NCBI RefSeq assembly: GCF_001570565.1
Contig: NZ_BBXE01000013.1
Span: 264,984 to 328,983 of the forward strand
DNA length: 64,000 bases
From: Herbidospora yilanensis
GTDB lineage: Bacteria; Actinomycetota; Actinomycetes; Streptosporangiales; Streptosporangiaceae
Direction: 5' to 3'
This document shows, piece by piece, positions 54,724 to 63,427 of the stretch. Within the stretch, counting starts at the first letter, position 1. Every line of letters starts with the position of its first letter. Below the pieces are notes generated by a model that saw only the letters and a list, made by a program, of their open reading frames with translations, was not told the origin of the DNA and made no database searches. Both the position numbers and the translations under genes were made by a program.

Positions 54724-55043
54724 CAGAACTGCTCGCATTCCCGCAGCACGACCGCGCCGCCCTCCCACGAGCCGGGGCAGCGGGCCGCCCAGTCGAGGGC
54801 GGTCTCCCTGTCGGGGACGTCGAGGACGTAGTAGCCGCCGAGCACCTCCCGGCTCTCGGCGAACGGGCCGTCGGTCACGACCCGCTCGGCGCCGTCGACG
54901 CGGACGGTGGTGGCCTGGGCGATGTCGGTCAGGGACTCGCCGGAGACGTAGACGCCGGCTTCCTTGACCGACTTGTCGTAGTCCATCCAGGCCGCGAAGT
55001 CGCCCGCCGCGCCGCCGCTGTAGATCAAGAGCATGTATTTCAT
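54723..55043 (-). CDS. YciI-family protein (106 aa)
   Basis: MKYMLLIYSGGAAGDF...VVTDGPFAESREVLGGYYVLDVPDRETALDWAARCPG. Confidence 0.85.
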   Translation of the reverse strand: MKYMLLIYSGGAAGDFAAWMDYDKSVKEAGVYVSGESLTDIAQATTVRVDGAERVVTDGPFAESREVLGGYYVLDVPDRETALDWAARCPGSWEGGAVVLRECEQF

Positions 55044-55134
55044 CGAGCCGACGCTCCTTGGTTCTTGTGGTCTGACGGGATGACGACGAACGGGTCCTCT
55101 TCAGATGGACACCGGAGCCGGGAAAATATTCCGC

Positions 55135-56364
55135 ATGCTCATCGTGCACAACGCCGCCCTCCGCGGCCGCCCGGGCCGGTGGTCGCTGACCGCCGAGCGG
55201 GGCCGCATCACCTCGATCGGCCCCGATTCCGGCACGACCCCCGCCGCCCCCGCCCTCGACGCCGAGGGCAACCTGGTCACCGAGCCCTTCGTCGACGCCC
55301 ACCTCCACCTCTGCAAGGTCCACACGCTCGACCTGGCGGGCGGGGGGCCGCTGGCGGCGTACACGAAGGGGACCATGGGCGCGGCCATGGACGCCATCGA
55401 CGGCGCCTCGGCCGTGAAGGCCGGCCAGACCGAGGAGGCCGTCACCGAACGCGCCCGGTCGGCCCTGGTCGAGTCGGTCCGCCACGGGGTGCGGGCGGTG
55501 CAGGCCTTCGCCGACGTCGACCCGGTGGCCGGGCTGACCGGGGTGCGGGCCCTGCTGGCGCTGAAGGAGGAGTTCCGGGAGTTCGTGGACGTCAGGGTCG
55601 TCGCCTTCCCCCAGGACGGCCTGCTGAAGGCCCCCGGCACCGAGGAGCTCGTCGAGCGGGCGGTCGGCCTCGGCGCCGACGTGGTCGGCGGGATCCCGTG
55701 GATCGAGTTCACCGACGCCGACGCCGCCGAGCACGTGAGGCGCATGGTCGCGCTGGCGAAGCGCACCGGCAGGCGGGTCGCGATGCTCGTCGACGACGCG
55801 GGCGACCCCGGCCTGCGCACCACCGAGACCCTGGCCGCCGAGCTCCTCGCGCAGGACATGACCGGCCGGGCGAGCGCCCAGCACGCCCGCGCGATGGCCC
55901 TCTACCCCGAGCCCTACCTGCGCCGGCTGACCGGGCTGCTCGCCAAGGCGGGCCTCGGGCTGGTCAGCGACCCGCACACCGGCCCGCTCCACCTGCCGGT
56001 CCTCCCCCTGACCGACGCCGGGATCCCGGTCGCGCTGGGCCAGGACGACATCGAGGACGCCTACTACCCGTTCGGCCGCCACAACCTCCTGGAGGTCGCC
56101 TTCCTGGCCGCGCACCTCCTCGGCCCGGACCGCCTCGACGACCTGTACGACATGGTCACCACCACCGCCGCCCAGGTGATCGGCCGGGAGTCCGGCGGTT
56201 TGAAGGAGGGCGCCGCGGCCGACTTCGTCGTCCTCGACGGCACGACGATCAGGGAGGCGCTGACCCGCCACAACCCGCCCCGGCACGTCGTCGTGGGCGG
56301 CCGGGTGATCGCCTCGACGAAGTCCCGGACCCACTTTCCCGCGTTCCCCGGAAAATCGGCGTAA
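55135..56364 (+). CDS. Amidohydrolase-superfamily protein (cytosine-deaminase-like)
   Basis: Start MLIVHNAAL (M11 of the track ORF). The metal-binding HxH is FVDAHLHLCK, with later VQAFADVDP, DVVGGIPW and GQDDIEDAYYPFG. Confidence 0.8.
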   Translation: MLIVHNAALRGRPGRWSLTAERGRITSIGPDSGTTPAAPALDAEGNLVTEPFVDAHLHLCKVHTLDLAGGGPLAAYTKGTMGAAMDAIDGASAVKAGQTEEAVTERARSALVESVRHGVRAVQAFADVDPVAGLTGVRALLALKEEFREFVDVRVVAFPQDGLLKAPGTEELVERAVGLGADVVGGIPWIEFTDADAAEHVRRMVALAKRTGRRVAMLVDDAGDPGLRTTETLAAELLAQDMTGRASAQHARAMALYPEPYLRRLTGLLAKAGLGLVSDPHTGPLHLPVLPLTDAGIPVALGQDDIEDAYYPFGRHNLLEVAFLAAHLLGPDRLDDLYDMVTTTAAQVIGRESGGLKEGAAADFVVLDGTTIREALTRHNPPRHVVVGGRVIASTKSRTHFPAFPGKSA

Positions 56365-56447
56365 CCCCCTTTATGGTGAGGTCTCGGTGCGGAGTGACGC
56401 GTGTACGGACGGTCACCGCAAGAGACCTTTCCCCTGATGGAGGCCCC

Positions 56448-56825
56448 GTGCAGGCGGACGACCTGGCCGGGCTGGCGACCGACGAGCGGTTCCGCCTGCT
56501 CAAAACACGCTTCCGGCGACTGGCGCTGACGATCGTTGGAGCGTTCCTCGGCTGGTATTTCCTCTACATCGCCCTGTCGGCGTTCGCCCGCGACTTCATG
56601 GCCATGCCCGCGATCGGCAACGTCAACGTCGCGCTGCTGCTCGGGGTGCTCCAGTTCGTCTCGACGTTCGCGCTGGCCTGGCGCTACACCCGGTACGCCC
56701 GGCGGAAGCTCGACCCGCTGTCGGCCGAGCTGCGCGACGAGGCCGGTCAGCGCCAGGCCGAACGCGAACGGGAACGCCGCATCCTGGCCGAGCGCCACCG
56801 CATCGAGAACTGGACGCGCCGATGA
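56448..56825 (+). CDS. DUF485 (YjcH-like) inner membrane protein
   Basis: GTG start with GGAGG 6 nt upstream. It has two TM helices (LTIVGAFLGWYFLYIALSAF, ALLLGVLQFVSTFALAW). The stop overlaps the actP-like start (ATGA), the classical yjcH-actP arrangement. Confidence 0.75.
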   Translation: MQADDLAGLATDERFRLLKTRFRRLALTIVGAFLGWYFLYIALSAFARDFMAMPAIGNVNVALLLGVLQFVSTFALAWRYTRYARRKLDPLSAELRDEAGQRQAERERERRILAERHRIENWTRR

Positions 56826-58468
56826 CCATCGGGCTGTTCGCCGTCTTCATCGTGATCACCCTCGGGGTGACGATCTGGGCCCGCGTCAACACCAGGGGCA
56901 CCGACGACTTCTACGCCGGCGGCCGGGCGTTCTCCGGCGCGCAGAACGGCCTGGCCCTCGCCGGCGACTACATGTCGGCGGCCTCGTTCCTGGGCATCGC
57001 CGGCATCATCGCGTTGTCGGGCTACGACGGGTTCCTCTACTCGATCGGCTTCCTGGTGGCGTGGCTGCTGACGCTGCTGCTGGTCGAGCTGATGCGCAAC
57101 GCCGGCCGGTTCACCATGGCCGACGTGTTGTCCTACCGGGTGGGCAGGCGGCCGATGGTGCGCACCGCCGCCGCCGTCTCGACGGTGACCGTGTCGGTGT
57201 TCTACCTGGTCGCGCAGATGGTCGGCGCGGGCGCGCTGGTCTCGCTGCTGCTCGGCATCCACCCGGGCGAGACGTTCATGGGCATCTCGCCGGAGGCCGC
57301 CCAGGTCATCACGATCCTGGTCGTCGGCATGATGATGATCTTCTACGTCAGCTACGGCGGCATGAAGGGCACCACCTGGGTGCAGATCATCAAGGCCGTG
57401 CTGCTGATGGCCGGGACCACCGCGCTGACCGTCCTGGTGCTCAGCAGGTTCGGCTTCAACCTGAGCGAGATGCTGGGCGCGGCCGACGCCCGCAGCGGCC
57501 GGCCCGGCGAGTTCCTCAACCCCGGCCAGCGCTACGCCAAGGACGCCGACGGCATCGTCGGCAAACTCGACTTCGCCAGCCTGGCGGTCGCGCTGGTGCT
57601 CGGCACCGCCGGGCTGCCGCACATCGTCGGCCGGTTCTTCACCGTCCCCGACGCACGCGCCGCCCGCACGTCGGTGAACTGGGCGATCGGCCTGGTCGGC
57701 GCCTTCTACCTGATGACCCTCGCGCTCGGATTCGGGGCGACCGCGCTGGTCGGCCAGGAGGCCATCACCGCCCAGGACCCGTCGGGCAACACGGCGGCGC
57801 TGCAACTCGCGCAGGCGGTCGGCGCGTCGGTGGCCGGCCCGGTCGGCGGCGAGATCCTGCTCGCCTTCATCGGCGCGGTGGCGTTCGCGACGATCCTCGC
57901 CGTGGTGTCCGGGCTGGTGCTGGCGTCGTCGACGTCGCTGGCCCACGACTTCTTCGGGCACGTGCTGATGTTCGGCAAGCCGAAGGAGTCGCAGGAGGTC
58001 GCGGTGGCCCGCTTCTCCGCGTTCGTCATCGGCGTGTTCGCGGTCTTCCTGGCCGTGCTGGTACGCGATATGAACGTGGCGTTCCTGGTCGCGCTGGCCT
58101 TCGCGATGGCCGCCTCGGCGAACCTGCCCGCGATCGTGTTGTCGTTGTTCTGGCGGCGCTTCAACTCGACCGGGGTGGTGTGCGGGATCTACGGCGGACT
58201 GCTGGGCTCGATCGCGCTCGTGGCGCTGTCACCGGTGGTGTCGGGCGGCCCGAGGTCGCTGCTGCCGCCGCCGGTCGACTTCCACGTGTTCCCGCTGGAG
58301 AACCCGGGTCTGGTGTCGATCCCGTTCGCGTTCCTGTGCGCGGTCGCCGGGACGCTGCTGAGCGGGGAGAAGTCGGATCCGGGCCGCTACTCGGAACTGT
58401 CGGTGCGCGCCCTCACCGGCGCCGGGGCCCACGGGCAGCCCGCGAAGAATGTCGGTGGTGCTCGTTAG
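56822..58468 (+). CDS. actP: Cation/acetate symporter (SSS family, ActP-like)
   Basis: DFYAGGRAFSGAQNGLALAGDYMSAASFLGIAGIIALSGYDGFLYSIGF is the SSS signature region. About 13-14 TM helices. Confidence 0.85.
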   Translation: MTIGLFAVFIVITLGVTIWARVNTRGTDDFYAGGRAFSGAQNGLALAGDYMSAASFLGIAGIIALSGYDGFLYSIGFLVAWLLTLLLVELMRNAGRFTMADVLSYRVGRRPMVRTAAAVSTVTVSVFYLVAQMVGAGALVSLLLGIHPGETFMGISPEAAQVITILVVGMMMIFYVSYGGMKGTTWVQIIKAVLLMAGTTALTVLVLSRFGFNLSEMLGAADARSGRPGEFLNPGQRYAKDADGIVGKLDFASLAVALVLGTAGLPHIVGRFFTVPDARAARTSVNWAIGLVGAFYLMTLALGFGATALVGQEAITAQDPSGNTAALQLAQAVGASVAGPVGGEILLAFIGAVAFATILAVVSGLVLASSTSLAHDFFGHVLMFGKPKESQEVAVARFSAFVIGVFAVFLAVLVRDMNVAFLVALAFAMAASANLPAIVLSLFWRRFNSTGVVCGIYGGLLGSIALVALSPVVSGGPRSLLPPPVDFHVFPLENPGLVSIPFAFLCAVAGTLLSGEKSDPGRYSELSVRALTGAGAHGQPAKNVGGAR

Positions 58469-58477
58469 CGTGGCCGC

Positions 58478-58984
58478 ATGGGCGTTCCCGGACGATTGAC
58501 CATGGCGGTCGACGCGCTCGATCTGAAGCCCGACGCGTGGGTGCTGGAGATCGGGTGTGGTCGTGGGGGCGCCGCGCGGCTGGTGCTGGAGAGGCTGACG
58601 ACCGGCCGTTATCTCGGCGTCGACCGGTCGGAGACCGCCATCAGGGCCGCGCGGGAGAAGGTGCCGGAGGGCGACTTCCGGTGTGCGGCGCTGGAGCGCC
58701 TGTCGGTCGAGGGCGAGTTCGACGTCATCTTCGCGGTCAACGTCAACCACTTCTGGGTGCGCGACCCGGCCGCCGAGATGGAGCGGCTGCTGGCTCTGCT
58801 GGCGCCGGGCGGCTCGCTCACGCTCGTCTACGAGACGCCCGGCGAGCGGTCGGCCGAGCTCGGCGGGCGATTGTCCGAGGTGTTCGCCCGCCACGGCCTC
58901 CGGCCCGAGGTGAGCGTGCTCGGGCCGAAGGTGTTCGCGGTGGCGGGTCAGTCGCCCAGGGCCTCCCAGACCTCCCACAGATGA
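58478..58984 (+). CDS. Class I SAM-dependent methyltransferase
   Basis: Motif I is WVLEIGCGRGGAA, followed by YLGVDRSE and DVIFAVNVNHF. Confidence 0.75.
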   Translation: MGVPGRLTMAVDALDLKPDAWVLEIGCGRGGAARLVLERLTTGRYLGVDRSETAIRAAREKVPEGDFRCAALERLSVEGEFDVIFAVNVNHFWVRDPAAEMERLLALLAPGGSLTLVYETPGERSAELGGRLSEVFARHGLRPEVSVLGPKVFAVAGQSPRASQTSHR

Positions 58985-59685
58985 CCGCTGACCGGCTGGT
59001 AGTAGACCTTCACCGTCACCGGGCCCGCGTGCCTGATGGCGTTGCGGAACGCCGTCGCGCTGCACGGCTTGGTGCCGATGCCGGCCTCCTCGTTGGGCAC
59101 GTTCGCGGTCCAGCCGTCGGAGCAGCTCTTCGTCACGCGGTTGAAACCGAGGTGGGTGTAGCGGAGCTTCACGGCGGCCCTGCCGGGGCGCTTGAACAAC
59201 ACCGTCCGGTCGTCGACGCGCTTCATCGAGCCGTAGGCGGTGACCGGGTTGGTCGGGACGGCGAGGAACTCGGCGACGGTGGTCAGCGACGGCGTGATGG
59301 TGATCTTCACCGGGGCGGGGCCGAGGCTGAGCACGAACTTGAGGTCGAGGGCGTCGCAGTCGGTGGTGCCCAGTCCCTTCTTGTCCTGCCTGATCCGGCC
59401 CTCGGTCTCCTTGAGGTCACATGCGGTGGTGATGCGGCGGAAGCGCACGCCGTCGGTGAAGATCCGGCGTTCCTTCGCGCCGGCGACGGTGGTCAGTTTG
59501 TAGCGGCGCACGCCGTGCTGCGTCACGAGCCTGGCCTTGGCGGGCGTGATGCGCAGGTGGTTGGAACCGTCCGCCCAGGCGTAGCCGTAGATGGTCTGTG
59601 TCTTCGCGGTGGCGGCGGCGGGTGTGGCCATGAGCGTGCTCGCGGCCAAGACGGTCACGGCGGCGGCGATCAGCGGGCGGGTCAT
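58948..59685 (-). CDS. Secreted hypothetical protein
   Basis: The signal peptide is MTRPLIAAAVTVLAASTLMATPAAATA. The mature part is beta-rich with four Cys, and GC3 is good. No family was recognised. Confidence 0.6.
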   Translation of the reverse strand: MTRPLIAAAVTVLAASTLMATPAAATAKTQTIYGYAWADGSNHLRITPAKARLVTQHGVRRYKLTTVAGAKERRIFTDGVRFRRITTACDLKETEGRIRQDKKGLGTTDCDALDLKFVLSLGPAPVKITITPSLTTVAEFLAVPTNPVTAYGSMKRVDDRTVLFKRPGRAAVKLRYTHLGFNRVTKSCSDGWTANVPNEEAGIGTKPCSATAFRNAIRHAGPVTVKVYYQPVSGHLWEVWEALGD

Positions 59686-59842
59686 TCGGTTTCCCCCGGG
59701 GGTGGTCGGTTCGTGCTGAAAAACGTCTCTCGGGGAGTGGGACTCGCCGATGACGGTGAAAGTTCATGGCCCTCGACGGTCGTGACGCAACTGGAATCGC
59801 CCATGGGGGCGGGATGTTCTAGCAATTCGTGGAGGTAACGAG

Positions 59843-60652
59843 ATGTTCACACTGATGGCCGTGCACGCCCATCCCGACGACGAGGTGATGGGAACGGGCG
59901 GCACGTTCGCCCACTACGCCGCCCAGGGCGTGCGTACGGTGCTGGTGACGTGCACCAACGGAGAGCAGGGAGACGGGCCCGACGGGGTGAAACCGGGCCA
60001 GCCGGGCCACGACGACGAGGCGGTGGCGAAGGTCCGGCTGGCGGAGCTGCGCGAGTCGGCCGCCCATCTGGGCATCTCCGACGTGGAGCTGCTCGGCTAC
60101 CGCGACTCGGGCATGGACGGCTGGGACGGCAACGGCCACGAGCGCGCGTTCGCCAACGTCCCGGTCGACGAGGCGGCCGGGCGGCTGGCCGAGCTGATGC
60201 GGACCTACCGGCCGCAGGTGGTGCTGACCTACGACGAGAACGGCGGCTACGGCCACCCCGACCACATCCAGGCCCACCGGGTGGCGGCGCGGGCGGTCGA
60301 GCTGAGCGGCGTACCGGCGAAGTTCTACTACACCGCCACCCCGCGAAGCTGGATGAAGGACATGTACGACGGCATGGTCGCCGCCGGCATGGAGACCGAG
60401 GGCTGGGACGAGTACGAGAGCTGGACCACCCCCGACGAGAAGATCAGCGCGATCCTCGACACCTCGCCCTACGTCGAGCACAAGATCAAGGCGATCACCG
60501 CCCACGGCAGCCAGGGCGACAGCGCGTTCTTCCTGAGCCTGCCGCCCGACGTGCAGCGGAGCATGTTCTCGGGTGAGGCCTACACGCTGGTCAGGTCGAC
60601 GGTCCCGGCCGCCGAAGGGGTCGAGGACGACCTGTTCCGCGGGCTGCGTTAG
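59843..60652 (+). CDS. PIG-L family deacetylase (MshB/Mca-like)
   Basis: AVHAHPDDEVMGTGG and YGHPDHIQAH are the zinc-binding motifs of LmbE/PIG-L enzymes. Confidence 0.85.
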   Translation: MFTLMAVHAHPDDEVMGTGGTFAHYAAQGVRTVLVTCTNGEQGDGPDGVKPGQPGHDDEAVAKVRLAELRESAAHLGISDVELLGYRDSGMDGWDGNGHERAFANVPVDEAAGRLAELMRTYRPQVVLTYDENGGYGHPDHIQAHRVAARAVELSGVPAKFYYTATPRSWMKDMYDGMVAAGMETEGWDEYESWTTPDEKISAILDTSPYVEHKIKAITAHGSQGDSAFFLSLPPDVQRSMFSGEAYTLVRSTVPAAEGVEDDLFRGLR

Positions 60653-61182
60653 GACGTGCGGCGGGCGCGCTCGGCGTCGACGTTGAGCGCCGCCCGCACC
60701 CCCGCCGGATCGGGCGCCACGCCGGTCCGGCGGATGGTCTCCGAGGTGATCTTCCCCGCCTGGAAGACCTTCGTGGCCTGCACGACCGTCTCCGAGCCGA
60801 AGTAGAAGGCGATGGCGACCGTCATGAACTGGCGCAGCGTGTCCCAGAACTCCTTGCGGTCGTCGAGCGGGCCGATGACGAACGCGTAGGTGTTCAGCAG
60901 CAGCCACGCCACGAACAGCGCGCCCGCGAGGGCCACCCGCATCTTCCTGACCGACGCGTAGAGGCCGAAGAACGCCACGATGCCGGTCAGCGTGACCGTC
61001 GCGCCGACGATCCACTGCTCGGTGAGCGTGGTCGGCACCGTGAGCAGGATCCACGACGTGGCGACCAGCGCGGTCAGCAGGAATCCGGTGAACACCAGGC
61101 CGCGTACCGAGACCTCCTCCGCGTCCCGCTTGTCGGTCAGGGAGAACATCGCGGGGCGCGGCGGCTGCACCGGCTCGGCCAT
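60649..61182 (-). CDS. Hypothetical integral membrane protein (4 TM)
   Basis: Track ORF with four hydrophobic helices. No family was recognised. Confidence 0.6.
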   Translation of the reverse strand: MAEPVQPPRPAMFSLTDKRDAEEVSVRGLVFTGFLLTALVATSWILLTVPTTLTEQWIVGATVTLTGIVAFFGLYASVRKMRVALAGALFVAWLLLNTYAFVIGPLDDRKEFWDTLRQFMTVAIAFYFGSETVVQATKVFQAGKITSETIRRTGVAPDPAGVRAALNVDAERARRTS

Positions 61183-61238
61183 ATGGAACGCTCCTGGGCG
61201 CGTCGATGATCAGGACAGCCCAGTGTCCGGTGAGCCGG

Positions 61239-63308
61239 TTAACCCGTGGTTACCACTTTGAATCGGCCGGGCAACCGATCGATCTCGGCGGCCCCGGCGG
61301 CGTCGACCGATACGGACACCGGCGTGCCGGCGACCACGAACCCGTCAGCGGTGACCGCGCCGAGGGGCGCGCCGGCCATCGGGCGCAGGTCGACCGTGCC
61401 GCCCGGCACGTCGGGGTAGAGGCCGACCGCCGCGTGGGCGATGACCACGGCGGCCGCCGCCGACCAGGCCTGCGGGCGGCAGGAGGCCGGGTAGGGCACC
61501 GGGCGGCCGACCGCGTCGCGGGCGTCGCCGGACAGCAGTTCGGGCAGCCGGTTCTCGAAAGGCTCGGCCGCGGCGAGCAGCCCCTCGGCGAGGACGGCGG
61601 CCTCGGCGCCGAAGCCGTCGCGGGCCAGGCCGGCGATGACGACGGCGGTGTCGTGGGGCCAGACCGAGCCGCAGTGGTAGGACAGCGGGCTGAAGCCCTT
61701 GTCGGCCGACGACATCGTGCGCAGGCCGAACCCGGCCGACATCTCGGGTGCGGCGAGGAAGGAGGCTACCCGGGCCGACTCCTCGTGGTTGAGGATGCCG
61801 GTCCCGAGCAGGTGGCCGATGTTGCTGGTCAGCGCATCGACCGGCCGCTTGTCGCGGTCGAGCGCGAGAGCGGGGTAGCCGCCCTCGACCCAGAACCGCT
61901 CGCGGAATCGGTGGGCCATCGCGGCGGCGTACGCGCGCCAGACGTCGGCGCCGGGGCGGCCGAAGGCGTCCAGGATCGCGGCGCCCTTGACGGCGGCCTC
62001 GTAGGCGTAACCCTGGACCTCGGCCAGGGCGATGGGCGGTTCGGCCAGGCTTCCGTCGTGGAACCTGACCGAGTCGCCGGAGTCCTTCCAGCCCTGGTTG
62101 GCCAGGCCGCGCCCGCTGGCGTCGATGTACTCCAGGAAGCCGTCGCCGTCGGGGTCGGCGTCGGTGGCCAGCCAGCTCAGGGCCGCCTCCATGGCCGGGA
62201 GCAGCGCCTCGACCTCCCCGTCGGGCAGGCCCCAGCGCCAGGCGTCGTGCAGCAGGCTGATCCACAGCGGGGTGGCGTCGATCGTGCCGTAGTAGGCGGC
62301 CGGGAGCCGCAGCCCGTTCACGGGCACCACGAACTCGCCCCTGCGGAGCTCGTGCATGATCTTGCCGGGGGCCTCGCCGGTCAGCGGGTCGTTCCTGACG
62401 CCCTGGCGGCGGGCCAGCACCCGCAGGGTGCCGCGCGCCAGCTCGGTGCCGAGCGGCAGCAGCATGCGGGCGGCCCACAGGCTGTCGCGGCCGAACACGG
62501 TCAGGAACCACGGCACGCCCGCCCCCAGGAAGGTGTCGGCGGGATGGCCGGTCTCGGTGAGGCGCAGGCCTTGGAGGTCGTCGAGACTCTGGGACAACAG
62601 ACGGCTCAGCCTTCTGTCCGTGACCGTCAAGGACGGACGCGTCCACTCGACCGGGCCCGGCGGCGCGGCCACGACGGCGGCCGGGTCGGTCACCATCACG
62701 CGCCAGCACAACGTCTTGGTCTCACCGGGTTCGAGGGTCACCTCCCAGCGCAGTTCACGCCCGTGCACCTCGGCCCCCTCGCCGGTCATCGCCACGGTGG
62801 TGCCGCCCGACGCCCAGGTCAGCTCGCCCGCGACCGGGGTCACCGGTTCGGCGACGTGGCCCGACTTGACGGTCTCGATGGCGGCCAGGTCGCAGTTCAC
62901 CCGCATCGCCACGGTCATGGCCACGGGCATGGTGGCGGTCGAGGCGATGGTGATCTCCTCGGCCATGCCGTACGCGCGGATCTCGCGCAGCCGGTCGACG
63001 CGGACCACCGGGTCGGGCTGCACGTCGCCGAGCCAGCGCGCCAGCGAGGTGAACCGGCTGCGGCCGGGGCCGGCGGCGGCGTGCGCGATCGGCTCGGCCT
63101 CCCGGCCGTCGATCAGCAAGACCGCCTCCGAGACCACCCGCCGGTCGGCGTGGAAGGTCCCCTGCACCCCGGCCGCCCGTATCTGGCCGTCGGCGCCGCT
63201 GAGCGCGCTCGTGGGCGCCATGACGGTGCTGACCAGGTCGTGCAGGAGCGGCTGCAGCCGGACGTCGGCGGCGGAGGGGGAGTCGGCAGGCACGCGGTGG
63301 TCCTTCAC
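61239..63308 (-). CDS. Amylo-alpha-1,6-glucosidase / glycogen-debranching-enzyme-like glycoside hydrolase
   Basis: An N-terminal beta-sandwich precedes an (alpha/alpha)6 barrel. Motifs include GVPWFLTVFGRDSLWAA, GKIMHELRRGE, YYGTIDATPLW, GFLEY...GLANQGWKDS and FSPLSYHCGSVWPHD. Confidence 0.8.
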   Translation of the reverse strand: MKDHRVPADSPSAADVRLQPLLHDLVSTVMAPTSALSGADGQIRAAGVQGTFHADRRVVSEAVLLIDGREAEPIAHAAAGPGRSRFTSLARWLGDVQPDPVVRVDRLREIRAYGMAEEITIASTATMPVAMTVAMRVNCDLAAIETVKSGHVAEPVTPVAGELTWASGGTTVAMTGEGAEVHGRELRWEVTLEPGETKTLCWRVMVTDPAAVVAAPPGPVEWTRPSLTVTDRRLSRLLSQSLDDLQGLRLTETGHPADTFLGAGVPWFLTVFGRDSLWAARMLLPLGTELARGTLRVLARRQGVRNDPLTGEAPGKIMHELRRGEFVVPVNGLRLPAAYYGTIDATPLWISLLHDAWRWGLPDGEVEALLPAMEAALSWLATDADPDGDGFLEYIDASGRGLANQGWKDSGDSVRFHDGSLAEPPIALAEVQGYAYEAAVKGAAILDAFGRPGADVWRAYAAAMAHRFRERFWVEGGYPALALDRDKRPVDALTSNIGHLLGTGILNHEESARVASFLAAPEMSAGFGLRTMSSADKGFSPLSYHCGSVWPHDTAVVIAGLARDGFGAEAAVLAEGLLAAAEPFENRLPELLSGDARDAVGRPVPYPASCRPQAWSAAAAVVIAHAAVGLYPDVPGGTVDLRPMAGAPLGAVTADGFVVAGTPVSVSVDAAGAAEIDRLPGRFKVVTTG

Positions 63309-63319
63309 GAAGTTGTGTC

Positions 63320-63348
63320 TTGACAGATCAAGAGCAGGGGTGCAGATT
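63320..63348 (+). promoter_or_regulatory. Candidate promoter for the LacI gene
   Basis: TTGACA (63320-63325), a 17 nt spacer, then CAGATT (63343-63348). Confidence 0.3.
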
Positions 63349-63366
63349 GCGAAACAATTCTCTAAC

Positions 63367-63408
63367 TTGAACGATCAAATCATGCATTACTTCCGTTTGA
63401 TCGTTCAA
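63367..63408. promoter_or_regulatory. Pair of inverted 13 bp LacI-operator-like sites
   Basis: TTGAACGATCAAA (63367-63379) and its exact reverse complement TTTGATCGTTCAA (63396-63408). Each is itself a CG-centred pseudo-palindrome. They lie in the divergent region between the glucosidase gene and the LacI gene. Confidence 0.5.
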
Positions 63409-63427
63409 CCCCCCGAAAGGTGCACAG

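Noticed and set aside
56536-59838. 1100-aa plus ORF across actP, the methyltransferase and the secreted-protein gene
   Set aside because: Shadow frame (Arg/Gly/Pro-rich). The ActP frame beginning at 56822 has the SSS signature.
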